From the NCBI RefSeq assembly GCF_009914755.1, contig NC_060928.1: a DNA stretch of 64,000 nt. One strand, written 5' to 3'. The notes below the pieces were generated by a model. It searched no databases and was not told where the DNA came from. It saw only the letters and a list, made by a program, of their open reading frames with translations. Below, piece by piece: positions 42,098 through 56,830 of the stretch; position 1 is the stretch's first letter; every line of letters starts with the position of its first letter. The translations under genes were made by a program, and so were the position numbers. The DNA comes from the human T2T-CHM13v2.0 reference genome, Homo sapiens.

Positions 42098-42207
42098 GAT
42101 GATAGCAATATAAGTTGATTCTTAATTAATTAAAGCACATTGAGAAGCTGATCCAAAAAGACAAACACTATTAAATCTCTCAGACTTTAAAAATACAGTC
42201 ATATTCA

Positions 42208-42310
42208 AGGAGTTAAAGGGTCCAGCTCACCAACATGGCACATGTATACATACGTAACAAACCTGCACGTTGTGCACATGTACCCTAGAACTTAAAGTAT
42301 AATAAAAAAT
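42208..42310 (+). mobile_element. ~100-bp 5'-truncated young L1PA
   Basis: caccaacatggcacatgtatacata..taacaaacctgcacgttgtgcacatgtaccctagaacttaaagtataataa; TSD-like agtcatattca on both sides. Confidence 0.88.
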
Positions 42311-43086
42311 ATATATATACATAGTCATATTCATTTTTCACAACATAGCATATTGTGACAGGTCTTTCTTGATTTACTAAGTTTACTTATTATCCTGTGA
42401 AGTATATTATCATACCTGAATTTTACCTAGCTTCAGCCTTCCATTAACGTTGCATTCATTCTTAACATTTGTAAACCACCATATTTTCTAGAAATTGGTG
42501 ACTATATTCTAAAATCATTGTAGCCACGAAATCATATGAATACCTGCTTGGCCTCTCCGGATAGGGTCAAGTTTCTCACATAAGCAAAATTTACTTATTT
42601 GGCATATACAATGTGAACATAATCTTAAAACCTGACTTTGGCTTTTGGTGTTATTAATAAGGTTCTTAATCCAATTTTTGTTTTTTTTTTACAGAAGTGA
42701 TACAGCTATACTGTAATCCTAGCATTCCTGAGTTTTGTATATAGCTTGGAAATAATATTTATTGTCAAATATTTTTAAATACTTCACTTTCTTCTAATAT
42801 ATTTATTAACCTTAGCATCTTTTTTTGCATTTTTTCCCTGTGAAGTGTCATTCACTCTATCAATTACTATCAGAAAAATCTGTTATCATCTTGCCTATTT
42901 ATGCAAAGCAAATGATTCTCCAACTGTTGACTCTAATCCTTCCTCTCAAATAGGTTCTGCTAAATAAATGACCCTGAGTCTCTGAGACATTTGTTGTATC
43001 AAAGCACAACAACATTAACAGTAAAACAAAAAATATTGTGAAATATGAAATATCTGATCCTTTCTCCCTCTCTCAAAAATTCTGTC

Positions 43087-43385
43087 TGCCAGGTGTGGTG
43101 GCTCACGCCTGTAATCCCAGCACTTTGGGATGACAAGATGTTTGGATCACCTGAGGTCAGGAGTTTGAGACCAGACTGGACAATGCGGTAAAACTCCGTC
43201 CCTGCTAAAAATACAAAAATTAACCAGGCATGGTAGCACATGCCTGCAATCCCAGCTACTCAGGAGACTAAGGCACAAGAATTGCATGAACCAAGAAGGC
43301 AGAAGTTGCAGTGAGCTGAGATCGCAGCACTGCACTCTGGCCTGGGCAACAGAGCAAGACTCCGTCTCAAAAAAAAAAAAAAAAG
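43087..43385 (+). mobile_element. AluS
   Basis: Full dimer with polyA tail. Confidence 0.95.
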
Positions 43386-44645
43386 AAAATCTATCAATGA
43401 CTATACTTCCAAATTTGCTTGTGGTTCTCTTCTTAGCAAAATGAGACTATTAAAATTGATCAGGGTTTTAAATAGCATTCCTTTGACTCGCTAAGCACCT
43501 ATTGAAAAGTCTCAGCTGAAGCATAGCTTCATCTGAAAAAAATTAAATGCAATTGACTTTCTGTACTAAACATTCTTCTTTACACACTCCTCACCATGGA
43601 ATATCTCTAATGGAGCCCTTTCTTTAATATAGAAATAAATGCGATTCAACTTATTTAAATATAAACGTGAGCTACTTGAGCATAGGAACTACATCACATT
43701 CTCTTTTATTCTCTACATACCATTAATGAGTGGATTAGGTAAGTGTTGTAAATTGTTCATTAAATGTGTAACATAAAAAAAACACAGAAGCATAGATAGC
43801 TGAGTAGATAGATAAATTATTATCTAATTCATATCTTGAAACTCTATCACTTTACCCAACAATGAGTCTCCAAGGAAGTTATAATTATTTACATAGAGAA
43901 ATATTATTACTAAATTAATCACTGAAGAAAAACAAGTTGCAGAAAGATTGTAATTTTCCCAAATGTAACATTCATTTTTTGTATCATATTTTACCTAATG
44001 GCATTATCAGTGTTTTGACCATTCAGGTAGAAACCATATCAGTGTCTTTGTTGATACAACACTTTCAGCATCAGATGTAGTCAGTAATCACAAATTCAAA
44101 TTATATTCCTCACATTTACTATTATCAATGCAAGCCACAGCCCTATAATCTCATACTTGGTTTCCTAATATACACTTGTAATTATTTTTCTACATTTACA
44201 CTCTTCTGTTTACTTGCCAATCTTTGTTTAGCTGTCAGAGTGGCTTGCTAAAGAAACAAAACAAAAATGACCTTTTGACTGGCTTTCCTTAAAACTAGAT
44301 TAAATTATTTTGCCTGTAAGTTAAAATAGAAACCTGTATACATCACACAAAGCTACACAAGACCTCCAATTTCAACCAAAATTTTTCTTTTATAATCTCT
44401 GGTATACAATTTACTCAAAAATTCATACTTGTGGGAATAATTTCCAAACATCAGGACTTCTCTCCTTCTGTGATTTGTTTCCTTTAGCCACTCTGTCTAG
44501 AGTCTACCAAAGCTTTCATCTCACCGTATTATGTGATCTGTCACACCAGCTTTTTCTGATTGCTCCGTAGATGGATAATGGTTTTCTCTGGGCTTCTGAT
44601 CATATTGCACCATTTACATCACACATCATAATATTCTTCAGAGAA

Positions 44646-46366
44646 CAAGCATACCTTATTTTATTGCACTTTGTTTTATTATGGTTTACACATATTTAGT
44701 TTTTTTTGTTTCTTTTTTACACAAATTGTATGCTTGTGGCAATTGCACATCATGCAAGTCTACTGACATAATTTTTAAAAGGGCAAGTAACAAATTTATA
44801 TCTCTGTGACCCATTTTGCTAATTTTCACAAAATTTCAAGCTTTTTCGCTACTATTATATCTGTCCTGGTGATCTGTGATTGGTGATTTTTCATATTACT
44901 GTTGTAATTGGTTTGCGGCATCACAAATTATGCCCATATAAGATGTCCAACTTAATAAATGGGTGTCTCCTGAGTGCCCTACATACCAGTTGTTTCCTAG
45001 TCTCTCTCCCACACCTCAGGCCTATTTCCTGAGACACAACAACATTGAAATTAAGCCAGTTAATAAGCTTACGAAGGTCCCTAAGTAGAAGGGAGAGTAC
45101 CACATCTTTCACTTTAAATCAAAAGCTAGAAATAATTAAGGAACATGAGGAAGGCATGTTAAAAGCTCAGAAAGACTTAAAGTTAAGCCTCTTGCATCAA
45201 ATAGCCAAGTTGTGAATTAAAAAAAAAAACAAAAAAGATAAAACAAAGTTCACGAAGGAAATTAGAAGTGTTACTCCAGTGAATGCCCAAATGGTAAAAA
45301 AGTAAAACCGCATTATCATTCATGTGAAGAAGTTTTAATCTGGATATATCAAACCAGCCACAATCACGCCTTAACCCTAACCCTAATCCAGAGCAAGACC
45401 CTACCTCTTTTTAATCTATGAAGGCTGAAATACATGAGGGAGCCAAAGAGAAAAATGTGGAAAGCTAGCAGACATTGGCTCATGAGGCTGAGAAAAAAAT
45501 AAATCTATCTCTATAACAAAGAAGTACAAAGTAAAGTAGCAAGTGCCAATGTAGAAGCTGCAGGAAATTATCTAGACAACCTAGCTAAGATCATTGATGA
45601 TGGTGATTACACTAAACAACAGAATTTGAATGTTGACAAAACGGTCCTTTATTGAAAAAATATGTCATCTGAGACTTTGATAGCTAAAGAGGGGAAGTCA
45701 GTGCCTGGCTTTAGAGCATTAAAAGGCAGGCTGACTCTTTCGTTAGTGGCTAATTCAGCTGGTGAGTTTAGTTGAAGCCAATGTTCATTTATTATTTTGA
45801 AAGTTCTAGAGTCCTTGAGAATTATGAGTTGAGAGCCCTTGAGAATCTACTTTGCCTGTGTACTATAAATAGAAAAACAATGCCTAGATGACAGCACATA
45901 TTTTAAAAGCATGACTCACTGAATATTTTAAGCTGACTGTTGAGATCTACTCCTCAGAAAATAAAATTTATTTCAAAATATTACTGCTTAATGAAAATGC
46001 ACATGGACACCCAAAAGTTCTGATAGGAATGTACAAAGAGATTAATGTTGTTTTCATGCCCACCAACATTGCATCTATTCTGCAGCCCACTAATAAAGGT
46101 GTTAATTTACTTTCAAGTTTTATCATTTAAGAAATACATTTTATAATGCTATTGTTGTCTTAGATTGTGATTTCTGTGATTAATATGGGCAGAGTAAATT
46201 GTAAACCTTCTGTAAATAATTTAGTGTATTAGAAACATTTCTATTTGAAATATTTCTGATTCATAGGAGCAGGTCAACGTATAAATATTAACAGGAGTTT
46301 GGAAGAACTTGATTCCAATCCTCATGGATGACTTTGAGGAGTTCAAGACTTTATAACTACAGATGT
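44646..46366 (+). mobile_element. Tigger1 DNA transposon, 5' ~1.7 kb
   Basis: TIR caagcataccttattttattgc; degenerate pogo-type transposase (gcaggctgactcttt.gttag..gctaat.cagctggtga); cut off by L1. Confidence 0.85.
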
Positions 46367-49300
46367 GTTTTATTCCATTTCTTTCATCAATGTTTTATCA
46401 TTTTTATTGTAAAGATCTTATATTTTCATGGCTAAATCTATTCCTACACAATTTCATTTTTGTAGCTTTGTAAATGTGATTTATTTTCTTTGCCTTTTTT
46501 AAACATTTAGATATTGGAATACGGAAACACAACTGATTTTTGGGTGATGATTTAGTATCTTCTGCCTTTACTGGATTTGTTGATCAATTTTAAGAGCTTT
46601 TGGTGGAGTCTTTAGGATTTTCTGTGTATAAAATCATGTCATATGCAGAGATGGATAATTTGATTTTCTCCCTTCCAATGGATGTCCTTTCTTTCTTTCT
46701 CTTGGCTACTTGCTCTGGCTAGAAATTCTAATGATATATTGAATAAGAGTGGTCAACGTGGACATCTTTGTCTTGTTCCAGATCTTAGAGACAAAGCTTT
46801 CCAACTTTCCTTTTTCAGTCTGATGTTACCTGTGCATTTGTCATATATGGCCTTTATAAGTTTGAAGTGTTTTTAGTATACTTGTTGAAAGTTGAAAGTT
46901 TTCATCATGAAGAAATGTAAATTTTTTCAAATGCTTTTTGTGCATCTACTGATAAAATTATATGTTTTTTCTTAATTCTCTTGATATAATATATCACATT
47001 TATTGTTTTGCATATGCTTAACCTTCTCTGTATCCCTGGGATAAATCCCAGTTCCTCATCATGTATAATCTTTTTGATGTGTTGTTGGATTTGGTTGGCT
47101 AGAAGTTGAGTATTTTTGCGTCTATGTTCATCAGGATTATTGGTCTATAAATTTTCTCTCTCTCTCTCTCTCTCTCTCTAGCTCCTTCTTTCTGGTTTTA
47201 CTATCAAGGTAATCATACTCTTGACAAATCATTTTTAAAGCATTTACTTCTCTTTAATGTTTTGGAAAAAAATATTTGGGAAAAAATGGATTAATTTTTT
47301 AATTATACTTTAAGTTCTTGGATACATGTGCAGAACATGCAGGTTTGATACATAGGTATACATGTTCCATGGTGGTTTGCTGCACCCATCAACCAGTCAC
47401 CTAGGTTTTAAGCCACACACGAATTAGGTATTTGTCCTAATGCTCTCCCTCCTCTTTCCCCCCAACCCACGACAGGCCCCAGTGTGTGATGTATCCCTCC
47501 ATGTGTCCATGTGTTCTCATTGTTCATCTTGCACTTAGCAGTGAAAACATGAAGTGTTTGGTTTTCTGTTCCTGTGTTAGTTTGCTGAGAATGATGGTTT
47601 CCAGCTTGGTCTGTGTCCCTACAAAGGGCATGAACTCATTCTTTCTTATAAATGCATAGTATTTCATGGTATATATTGCCACATTTTCTTTATCCAGTCT
47701 ATCATTGATGGGCATTGGTTGGGTTGGTTCTAAATCCTTGCTATTGTGAATAATGCTGCAATAAACATACTTGTGCATGTGTCTTTAAAATAGTATGACT
47801 TGTAATCCTTTGGGTAGATGCCCAGTAATGGGATTGCTGGATCAAATGGTATTTATAGTTCTAGATCCTTGAAGAATCGCCACACTGTCTTCCACAACAG
47901 TTGAACTAATTTACACTCCCAGCAACAGTGTAAAAGCATTCCTATTTCTCCACATCCTCTCCAGCATCAGTTGTTTCCTCACTTTTTAATGACTGCAATT
48001 CTAACTGGTGGGAGATGGTATCTCATTTTGGTTTTGATTTGCATTTCTCTAATGATAATGATGACGAGCTTTTTTTCATGTTTGTTGGCTGCATAAATGT
48101 CTTTTGAGAAGTGTCTGTTCATATCCTTTACCCACTTTTTGATGGGGTTGTTTGTTTTTGTCTTGTAAATTTGTTTAACTGTTTTGTAGATTCTGGATAT
48201 TAGCCCTTTGTCAGAGGGATAGATTGCAAAAATTTTCTCCCTTTCTGTAGGTTTCCTGTTCAGTCTGATGATAGTTTATTTTACTCAGCAGAAGCTCTTT
48301 AGCTTAATTAGATCCCATTTGTCAATTTTGACTTTGTTGCAATTGCTTTTGGTGCTTTAGTCATGAAGTATTTGTCCATGCCTATGTCCTGAATGGCATT
48401 GCCTAGGTTTTCTCCTAGGGTTTTTATGGTTTTAGGTTTCACATATAAGTCTTTAATCCATCTTGAGTTAGTACTGAAACTATCAGTTCATGGTTTTTTG
48501 TTTTTGTTTTTGTTTTGTGAGTTCTTATTACTGCTTCAGTCTTGTTACTCATTATTTCCCTGTTCATGTTTCTATTTATTTTTAATTCAATCCTGGTTGG
48601 TGGTATGTGTCCAAAAACTTTCCTTATCCTTTAGATTTTTTAATTTGTTGGCATGAACTTGTTTATAATAGTATCTTATAATCCATTGTATTTCTGTGTA
48701 TCAGTTGTTATGTATCCTTTTCATCTCTCATTTTATTTGAGTCATCTCTTTTTGTAGTTAACTTAGCTGAAGCTTTTTAAATTTTACGTATTCAATAAAC
48801 CGTTTTGTCTTGTTGATTTTTAAATATTTTAAAAATCTCTATTTTTTCTCTATAATCTTTGTTATATCCCTTTTCTACTATTTTTTAGTTTAGTTTCTGT
48901 TTTCAGATTTCTTGAGGTACTATAGGTTGTTTATTTAAGATATTTCTGCATTTTTAATGAAGACATTTATTGGCATATATTTGTTGTTTTAGAACTTATT
49001 TTTTCTATATCTTCTAGGTTTTGTTATATTGTCTTTCCATTTTTATTTTTGTCATATATTTTAAAATAATTTATCTATAGACTCAATGGTTGTTTATGAG
49101 CACATTTAATTTATGTATAGTTGTACATGTTCCCATATTCTTTCTTTTATTGATTTCTAGTTTTATTCCATTGTGGAAAAAAATTGACACCATTTTGATT
49201 TTTAAAAAATTTAAGACTTATTTTGACCTAAAATATGGTCTATTCTAGAAGATGTTTCATGTGCTATTGAGAAGATTACATACTCTGCAGCTGTTGGATG

Positions 49301-51980
49301 GAATGTTCTGTAAATGTCCGTGTTAGGTTTATCTTACCTAGAGTGCAGTTTAACTCTGAGGTTTTTTCATTGATTTTCTGTCTGAATTATATTTTTATTA
49401 TTGTAAGTAAAGTGCTGCACTCTTCTACTATTATCATATCACAGTCAATCTCTCTCTTCAGCTCTATAAATTTTGCTTTATATATTTGGATGTTCCAGTG
49501 TTATGACCATATATATTTACAATTTTATTCTGTTGCTCTATGGAGCTCTTGATTATTATACAATGGCCAACTTCTTATCAATCCTGACTTAAAATATATT
49601 TTAACTAAGTATAGCTACTACTGTATTTTTTTTATTGTTTACAATGACATGAAACAAATTTTTCTATTTCTTTTCTTTTAGTCTGTGTACACCTTCATAG
49701 GTGAAGTGAGTTTCCTGTGGCAAAAATACAGTTGAGTTTTAATTATTTATCCATTCAGTCACTCTATGTCTTTTACTTGGATCATTCAATCAATTTCATT
49801 TGTAATATTACTAATAGATAAAGATTTACTACCTCCATTTTGTTAATTGTTTTCTAGGTTAGTTTCTGTATATCCTTTCTCTCTCGCTCTGTCTCTCTTT
49901 CTCTCTCTCTCTCTCTGTCTCTCTCTCTCTGTGTCTTCCTTTCTCTCTCACTCTGTCTCTCTCTCTCTGTCTCTCTCTCTCTGTGTCTTCCTTTATGGTT
50001 AAGTAATTTTCTCTAGTAATATGTTTTGATTCCATGCCATTTGTGTTTGTTGTGTCTAAGTTTGGCTTCTTAGTTAATGAAAGATTTACAAAAATATTTT
50101 ATTGTTAGATATTTAAAACTGGTGACAACTTTGAGCACAAAGAAAAATAAACAGAACTCTGTATTTTGACATAATTTTGTCTTCCACATATTGACTTTTT
50201 GATGTCTCAATTTATATCTTTTCTTATTTCCATCTCTTAATTGTAGTTATTATTTTCTTTAATAACTTTGTCTTTTTATCTTCATGATAAAGATATAAAT
50301 GGCTTATATACCACAATTATAGTATTAGAGTATTCTGAGTTTGTCTTTATAATTGGTTTTACTACTGCTTTTTATGCCTTCAGATGTATTCTTATTACAT
50401 GTGAGTGTCCTTTTCTTTCCAATAAAACAATTCTCCTTTGTATTATTTCTTGTAAGATTGGTCTGATGTTTATGAATGCCTTATCTTTTGTTTCGGAAAA
50501 TGTTATCACTCTTTCAGGTTTGAAGAATTGCTTTGGTAGGCTCAGTATTTTTGCATGGCAGATTTTTTTTCAGCACTTTAAATGTATATCTTATTGTCTT
50601 CTTGCTCACAAGTTGATTTATTTATTTTAGTTTTTTTTGAGAAATTTGATGAAACTTGAATTGGGACATTGTTTAATATGGTATAAACCTTTTCTTATAC
50701 TGCTATCAATATTCTTTCTTTGTGTTTGCCTTTTAACAATTTAAATAGGATGTGCCTTTGGGAAATACTCTTCGGATTAAATTTGATTAGGGTACATGGA
50801 TACTGTCATCTTTCTCTAGATTTACAAAATGTTCCATCATTATTTTATTATATATGCTTTCTAGACTTTTTATTTCTTATCTCCTTTAAGAACTCCTATT
50901 ATATGGAGGTAGTTTTCTTAATAATGTTTGATACTTTCCATATGCCTACTTCACTAATTTTAATTATTTCTCTTTTTTTGCTCTTCTGATTGGGTAATTA
51001 CATATGTTTTATCTTTAGGATTGCTGATTCCTTACTCTGTTTGACCAAGTCTGCTGTTGAAGTTTTCTACTGAGTTTTTCAATTCACTTCACATATTTTT
51101 TATTAATTGGATTTCTTTTTATTTTTAAAACATTTCCACTTCTTTGCAAAATTTATCATCATTTTCCTGGATTATTCTCTAAAGTGTGTTTTTTTTCAAC
51201 TCTCTATTCATATGTGCTGTGATTTCTGAACTTTTAAAATAGGTGTGCACTGAATTTCTTGTCAAAAATTTTATGGAGCATCTGAACCTTAATTCTGCAC
51301 TGTAACTTAAAACTAGACTTGCAGTGATTTCTAGGTCTGTGAGATACTTAAGCAATAACTGGAGCTTAATCTCAAATGTTATACTTGTTTGCAGGTCATA
51401 GAAAAGCTCCGTATGAGTAACTGGGAATTATAAAAATACCTGCCAAAGATTCAGGCCTTCCTTTGGATTTTGGCCCCTGCAGTGTTATGGAACTGGTCAG
51501 ACTCCTCAGCGTGGCATTCCTGCTAATAGGAACACCAAGCAGTTGCTGAGATGTGTGTGCCTGTCACTGTGATTAGTACTTCCACTCTTGTTTCCAATTC
51601 ACCCCAGGTCATTCAACTCTATAGCCACTCCTAATGCCTCTCCTGAGGTAGGACAAAAGTGGGCTTCCCAAACCAAAAAGATTCACAGATCCATGAAGAA
51701 ACTGAACATTCACTTCAAATTTCCTCCTCTGATCTTGGCAACTGCAGGTAAAATAAAGTTCTGTCACAGTGGTGTCTTCTTGGTGTGTGGAAGGGGTGCC
51801 ATAATCCAAAAAATTATTCATTTTACAGATCATGAGTTTTCCCATGTCTATGAGTCTTGGGATTTTCTTCTTCTCTTTTTAGCTCTGGTGAATTCAGTGT
51901 GGCTTTTTGTATTTACATAGTTACTAGCTCTATTTTTGTGTGGGAATTAATGTTGGGAGGTGTTATTTCATCATTTTACT
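46367..51980 (-). mobile_element. Old L1M (reverse) with a nested L1PA 3' segment (~47295-48470)
   Basis: Reverse L1 ORF2/ORF1-region motifs throughout; second ttattatactttaagttct 3' end near 47300; CT microsatellites at ~47155 and ~49880. Confidence 0.75.
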
Positions 51981-52312
51981 GACATCACTCCTCAAGGAAT
52001 ACTTTTATGAGTTTGCAAACCATTATGATTTTAGAATTAGCTATCTACCAAATATTAAAAGAGCTGTATATTTATCATTTAAGTGTTCTGTATAATTATT
52101 TGTGTACTGTTTCTAGTAAATAATTACTATGTATTGAAGCTATGTGTTTCCAACACAAACTTTCTTGTAGAGACTGGAAGTACATGGCAGAATATAGGGA
52201 CAATATAACTATACATATCACAACTTCTTCAGATTTTTATTAAAGCATAAGTAAACTATATTATTCTACATGATATTGCATCTTTATGATGCAGAAATTA
52301 TTTTCTTTGTAG

Positions 52313-52444
52313 GAAATGAAAGCATTTGTCCAGATCTCTGGCAAAGATGGCACTGTGGTGTTTTCTCTGGGGCCAGTTGTGCAAAACCTTATAGAAGAGA
52401 AGGCTGATCTCATTGCTTCAGACTTGGCCCAGATTCCACAGAAG
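52313..52444 (+). pseudogene. Orphan UGT2 exon 3 (132 nt, UGT2A-like), open frame and intact splice sites
   Basis: ttttctttgtag|GAAATG...CCACAGAAG|gtgagt; [44 protein letters not shown]. Confidence 0.93.
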
Positions 52445-53437
52445 GTGAGTACAACGTCCAATCCTTATAAGCAGCCATTTACACAGTGAAGAAAATGTGG
52501 CTTTCCATTTGGAACTTGAATCTCATTTTCTGCTTTGCATTAACAGGCACTACTTCTACATAGAATAATTTAAAGCATTATAGTAGTGTATGTGGGCTCA
52601 ACTAATCATTTGCCTATGAATGCTTGAAGTTACTTTGGAAATACTTCTCTTTGTTGTCATTTGTTTGTGACAAAATGAAAATAAAATATTAAGTTCCTAT
52701 CTCACATTTTGAGATTTTAAATCTTAAGTCCTGTGCTGACTACTCAAAAACAACAAATACAAAAATCCTGAAGTGTACTAACTCCAAGGAACATAAAAAG
52801 GGAGGGCTGATATTACAAAGATAGAGAAGAATTATGCCCAAGAATATCCTCAACATATTTGATTGTATAGGAACTCCATTCAGTGTACTTGGGTATAAAA
52901 GTAGAAGCTTAGATTCACGTAGTCTTTCTTATGAATTAGACTTTTCAAGAATTAAAAGGCAATTACAATTTTGATATTATAGTCTAGTAGTCAGTTAATT
53001 TTAACTTTCTTGTTATTGCAATTCTAGATTTCCACTCTTTGGGTAGTACTATTTATGCACTATCCAATGACTTTTTAAAAATGTAATGTTTAATTAAAGT
53101 TCATAAAACTCAATAAAAGCATGTATGCTAATTAGGATTGTGAAATTAGTTTTGCCTATTAAATTGGAATATCTATGTATTCCTATGTTTTCAAATGCAA
53201 GATTTTCACATAGCTTTCCCATAAAAAACAAACTATGTGACAAAAGGCATAAAGACAAACAAAATTCAACATTGAACATAAATTCTAAGTAACTTCTTTT
53301 TCTTTTTTAATTAAAAATAAATTATATATAAAATCAAGGAGCAAAGGAGACATGAAAAAAAGCAGAAAGTAAAGACAACTAACTATCCAAAAACAAACAG
53401 CAAAGTCTAAAGCAAAGTTTTTCTATGAGGAGAAAAG

Positions 53438-53559
53438 CATGGAAAAGACTCATCCCCATGATTCAATTACCTCCATCAAGTCCCTCCTACAACATGTGGG
53501 AATTGTGGTAGTTATACTTCAAGATGAGATTTTGGCGGGGACACAGATAAACCATATCA
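53438..53559 (-). mobile_element. THE1/MST MaLR LTR fragment
   Basis: ccccatgattcaattacctcc...caagatgagattttgg.ggggacacag.taaaccatatca. Confidence 0.85.
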
Positions 53560-54779
53560 GGCCATTATGATCGCCTGTTTTGGTTACAAACACACATTTT
53601 TAATAGTCTTTCTAATTTTAAGGTCTTGACTTTACATGCCAATATTAGTCGACACAGTTGCTTGCTAAAGGAAAATCTTGATTTCATAACTGTCATTTTT
53701 TAAAAGTTGTGTAAGTAAATTTTGGTCATGTATTAAAATCCAAATCCATAGTATGACAATTAAGACTGCCTAAGGTCTTCATTCCAAATTAACTGTCTTT
53801 TTTAATAGCTTGCCCTCAAATTTCTCTGTGATCCATACACATTGGGATGCTCTTCATATATCCATGACCTTTACTCATTCTGTTCTTTATTGGAAAATCC
53901 CTTCTTTACCACACACTGCCTAGGTCCAATCAAAGCTTTCATCTCATATCATGTTACCTGCCTAATTAAGTTTTTCTAATTATTTCATGTAGAAGTACTT
54001 GTGTTTTTTCTCTGGAACTCTAAACACATCCTGTATTACTCATGTGATTCAGATCAAAATAGTCTTTATATTATAGCTATTCAATGTATTATCAGCTAAT
54101 TAGTCGGGGTCCACATAGGTGAAGCAATGTAAAATATTTGTTTTCCAAAACCACCTTGTACCTTTGGGTTTTGTGTGGAATGAAAGAAAGTGTGTGTATG
54201 TTTGTGTTTTGTGTGAATTAGAAACTTTAAAGATTTTGTTTTTTTTTTCTGTCATTGAAAATATAGATTAGTACAGTTATATTTCATGTATTTTTATTTT
54301 TTAAAGGTTGGAACAAATTTTTCTGGATACATAATTTTTTGATTCCCGTAATAAACATCAAGTTTCAAAATAAAGCGTGGCCATTCATATTTAATATTTA
54401 ATTTTTAACATCTGTGTATATTTATTTCAATTCGGAGCCCTGTAAACTCTTAATCTCTGTGAGCAGTGCGTCTGGGAGCTACCATCACAGTTTCTGAGAA
54501 GTGGGCTTCAAGTATTCTGCACCTGCAGCTCTGCTGTGCTGGTTGTGCATTCTGTGGGAAAGTCCTGGTTGGCCTTGTGACATGAGCCATTAGCTTAATG
54601 TCAAAAACATTCCAGATAAACTCATAGAAAGGGGCCACAAAGTAACAATGTTTACTTACTACAGGCTTTTCTCATTGACTACAAGAAGCCTTCTTCATTG
54701 AACTTCAAGGAGGTCCATGTGGCACATGACAAAGATAATCTTGAGAATTCAAATGATGAATTTTTTGACCTAGCTTATT

Positions 54780-55075
54780 ATTTTCTTTTATTTTCTATTT
54801 GAGACAAGGTCTTGCTCTGTCACCCAGGCTGAAGTGCAATCATGGCTTGCTTCAGCCTCGAACTCTCAGGCTCAAGTGATCCTCCCCACCAAAGCCTCCC
54901 AAGTAGCTAGGACTGTAGGCACACCCCAGCACACCTGGTCAATTTTTTTGTAAAATGTTTGTACTGAGTAGGTCTTGTTATGTTACCCAGGCTGGTCTCA
55001 AACTCTTGGCCTTAAATGATCCTCTCATCTTGCCTCCCAAAGTTCTGGGATTACAGGTTGAGCCACTATATTTGG
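54780..55075 (-). mobile_element. AluJ
   Basis: gagacaaggtcttgctctgtcacccaggctg...ggctcaagtgatcctcc...ctcccaaagttctgggattacagg. Confidence 0.92.
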
Positions 55076-55874
55076 CTTGTAGACCCAGTTCTCAGTATCT
55101 TTCCTGGCTTATCATCTGGTAATGGAAGGTAAAACTAAATATATTCTTTAATTGAATTGGGTGGAATTTTTAAACCACTATGTGAGTGTTGTCTACAGTC
55201 AGGCACTCATGAAGCAGCTGCAGGAAATGAATCATTACAGAGTAATGGTTTACTGACCCTATAATTTTCTCTGGGGAGCTAGTGGCTGAGTTGCTTGCAG
55301 TCCCTTTTGTGCTCACACTTAGGATGCAACAGGGAGTGATGCTTCAGGAAACTTCTAGCTCCACCTTCCTATGTACCTGTGCACATCGTAGGACTAACAG
55401 ACAGAGTGACCTTTCTGGAAAAAGTAAAATATAAAATATAAAAAGTAAAATATAAAACATAAAATGTGAAAAATATAAGTTTTCTTTACCTTTTGTATCC
55501 AGGATTATGACTTTCATTTTTGGTAATCATTTTATAGTGAGGCATTAGATAAGTGTCTTTTATTTTAAATGAGTTATCAAAATAAATAGAAGAGAGTTAA
55601 ATGAAATCTATGTAAATATAAATAATACATTTTTATATAGCTATCCTACATGCAAAACTCTAACAGTGATACCAATGAAAGAATAATCAAAATCTAATTG
55701 GGAATAGAAGTAATACATTTCTTAAAATAGTTACACTTTCTTTAGAGTCAGTTAACCATTTTTCTTGATACTTGTTAAGAGTCATGCCAAAAATAATACC
55801 CCCACCCCAGAAAAAAAAAAAAAACAATATTAATACTTTGGAAGATTTGGAAGACATATGGTTTGTCATACATA

Positions 55875-56830
55875 ATCTCCAAAGCCCACAGGCTGGAATT
55901 GCTAAGTCACCCAAACAGCAAAGATGGCGGCCCATATCTCTGTGAGCTCTCTCCCAGGGAGTTTTCAAATCTCTGCTGGCCTAAGAACAATGGTGGAAAT
56001 GACTGGAGTCCCCTGTTGGGAGGTCCCACCCAGTGAAGTGGAACAGGATCTGCAACCTACTTGAAGAAGCAGTCTGGCCATGTTTTGGTAGAGTAGCTGT
56101 GTTGTGCTGGGGAATTCCTTCCTTCTGTGGTCGATTTGGATGCTCCAAAGCTCAAATGCCAGAACAGCTAAGTTGCACAAACAGCAAAGATGGTGGCCCA
56201 CCCCACGCGGCTGAGAGTTCCATTCCAGGGAGGCCCAACACTGCTAGCACGGCTGGTTGAAATTCCAAGCCAGTGGATCTTATCCTGTGAGGTGCTGTGA
56301 AAATGGGGCCTGCAGACTGTCACTGCTCAGCCCCCTGAATTCAGCCTCCCACTTTGCAATTCTAACCTTCCACTTTGCAAGAGCTACAGCTACTTTTGCC
56401 AGGAAGCCCTGAAAGCCAGAGTATCTAAAGGCATCACGTCTCTACACGTGCCTGAGTGGCTGCTCTGCTGAGACTCCACATACCTTTGTGTGTCAGACTG
56501 AAGACCTGGTTAAGTGGGTTCATGAGGGGATCTTGTGACCTGAGGGTTACAAAAATCTGTGAAAGAAGCATGTTATTTGGGGTAGCACATTCACTCACCA
56601 CTTTCCTGGGTGAGGAAATTTTCCTTGGTTCTGTGTTGATGCCAGGTTGGCAGTCATCCTGCCTTACTTTTCTTCATTCTCTGTGGATCAAGTTGTTTCC
56701 TTAAATAGTCCCAATGCGAGTGCCCGCATGTTTCAGTTGAAGGGGCTGTATTTACTCACCCCTTCTGTTCATCTTTGTGAGAGCCATGCATATTACCTAC
56801 TTCCGGTCAGTCATCCTGGCCACTCCTCCA
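55875..56830 (-). mobile_element. L1PA 5'-UTR fragment
   Basis: GC-richer block with repeated aaacagcaaagatgg.ggccc, ggaggtcccacccagtga, atgtttcagttgaag..ctgtatttactcacc motifs. Confidence 0.65.
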
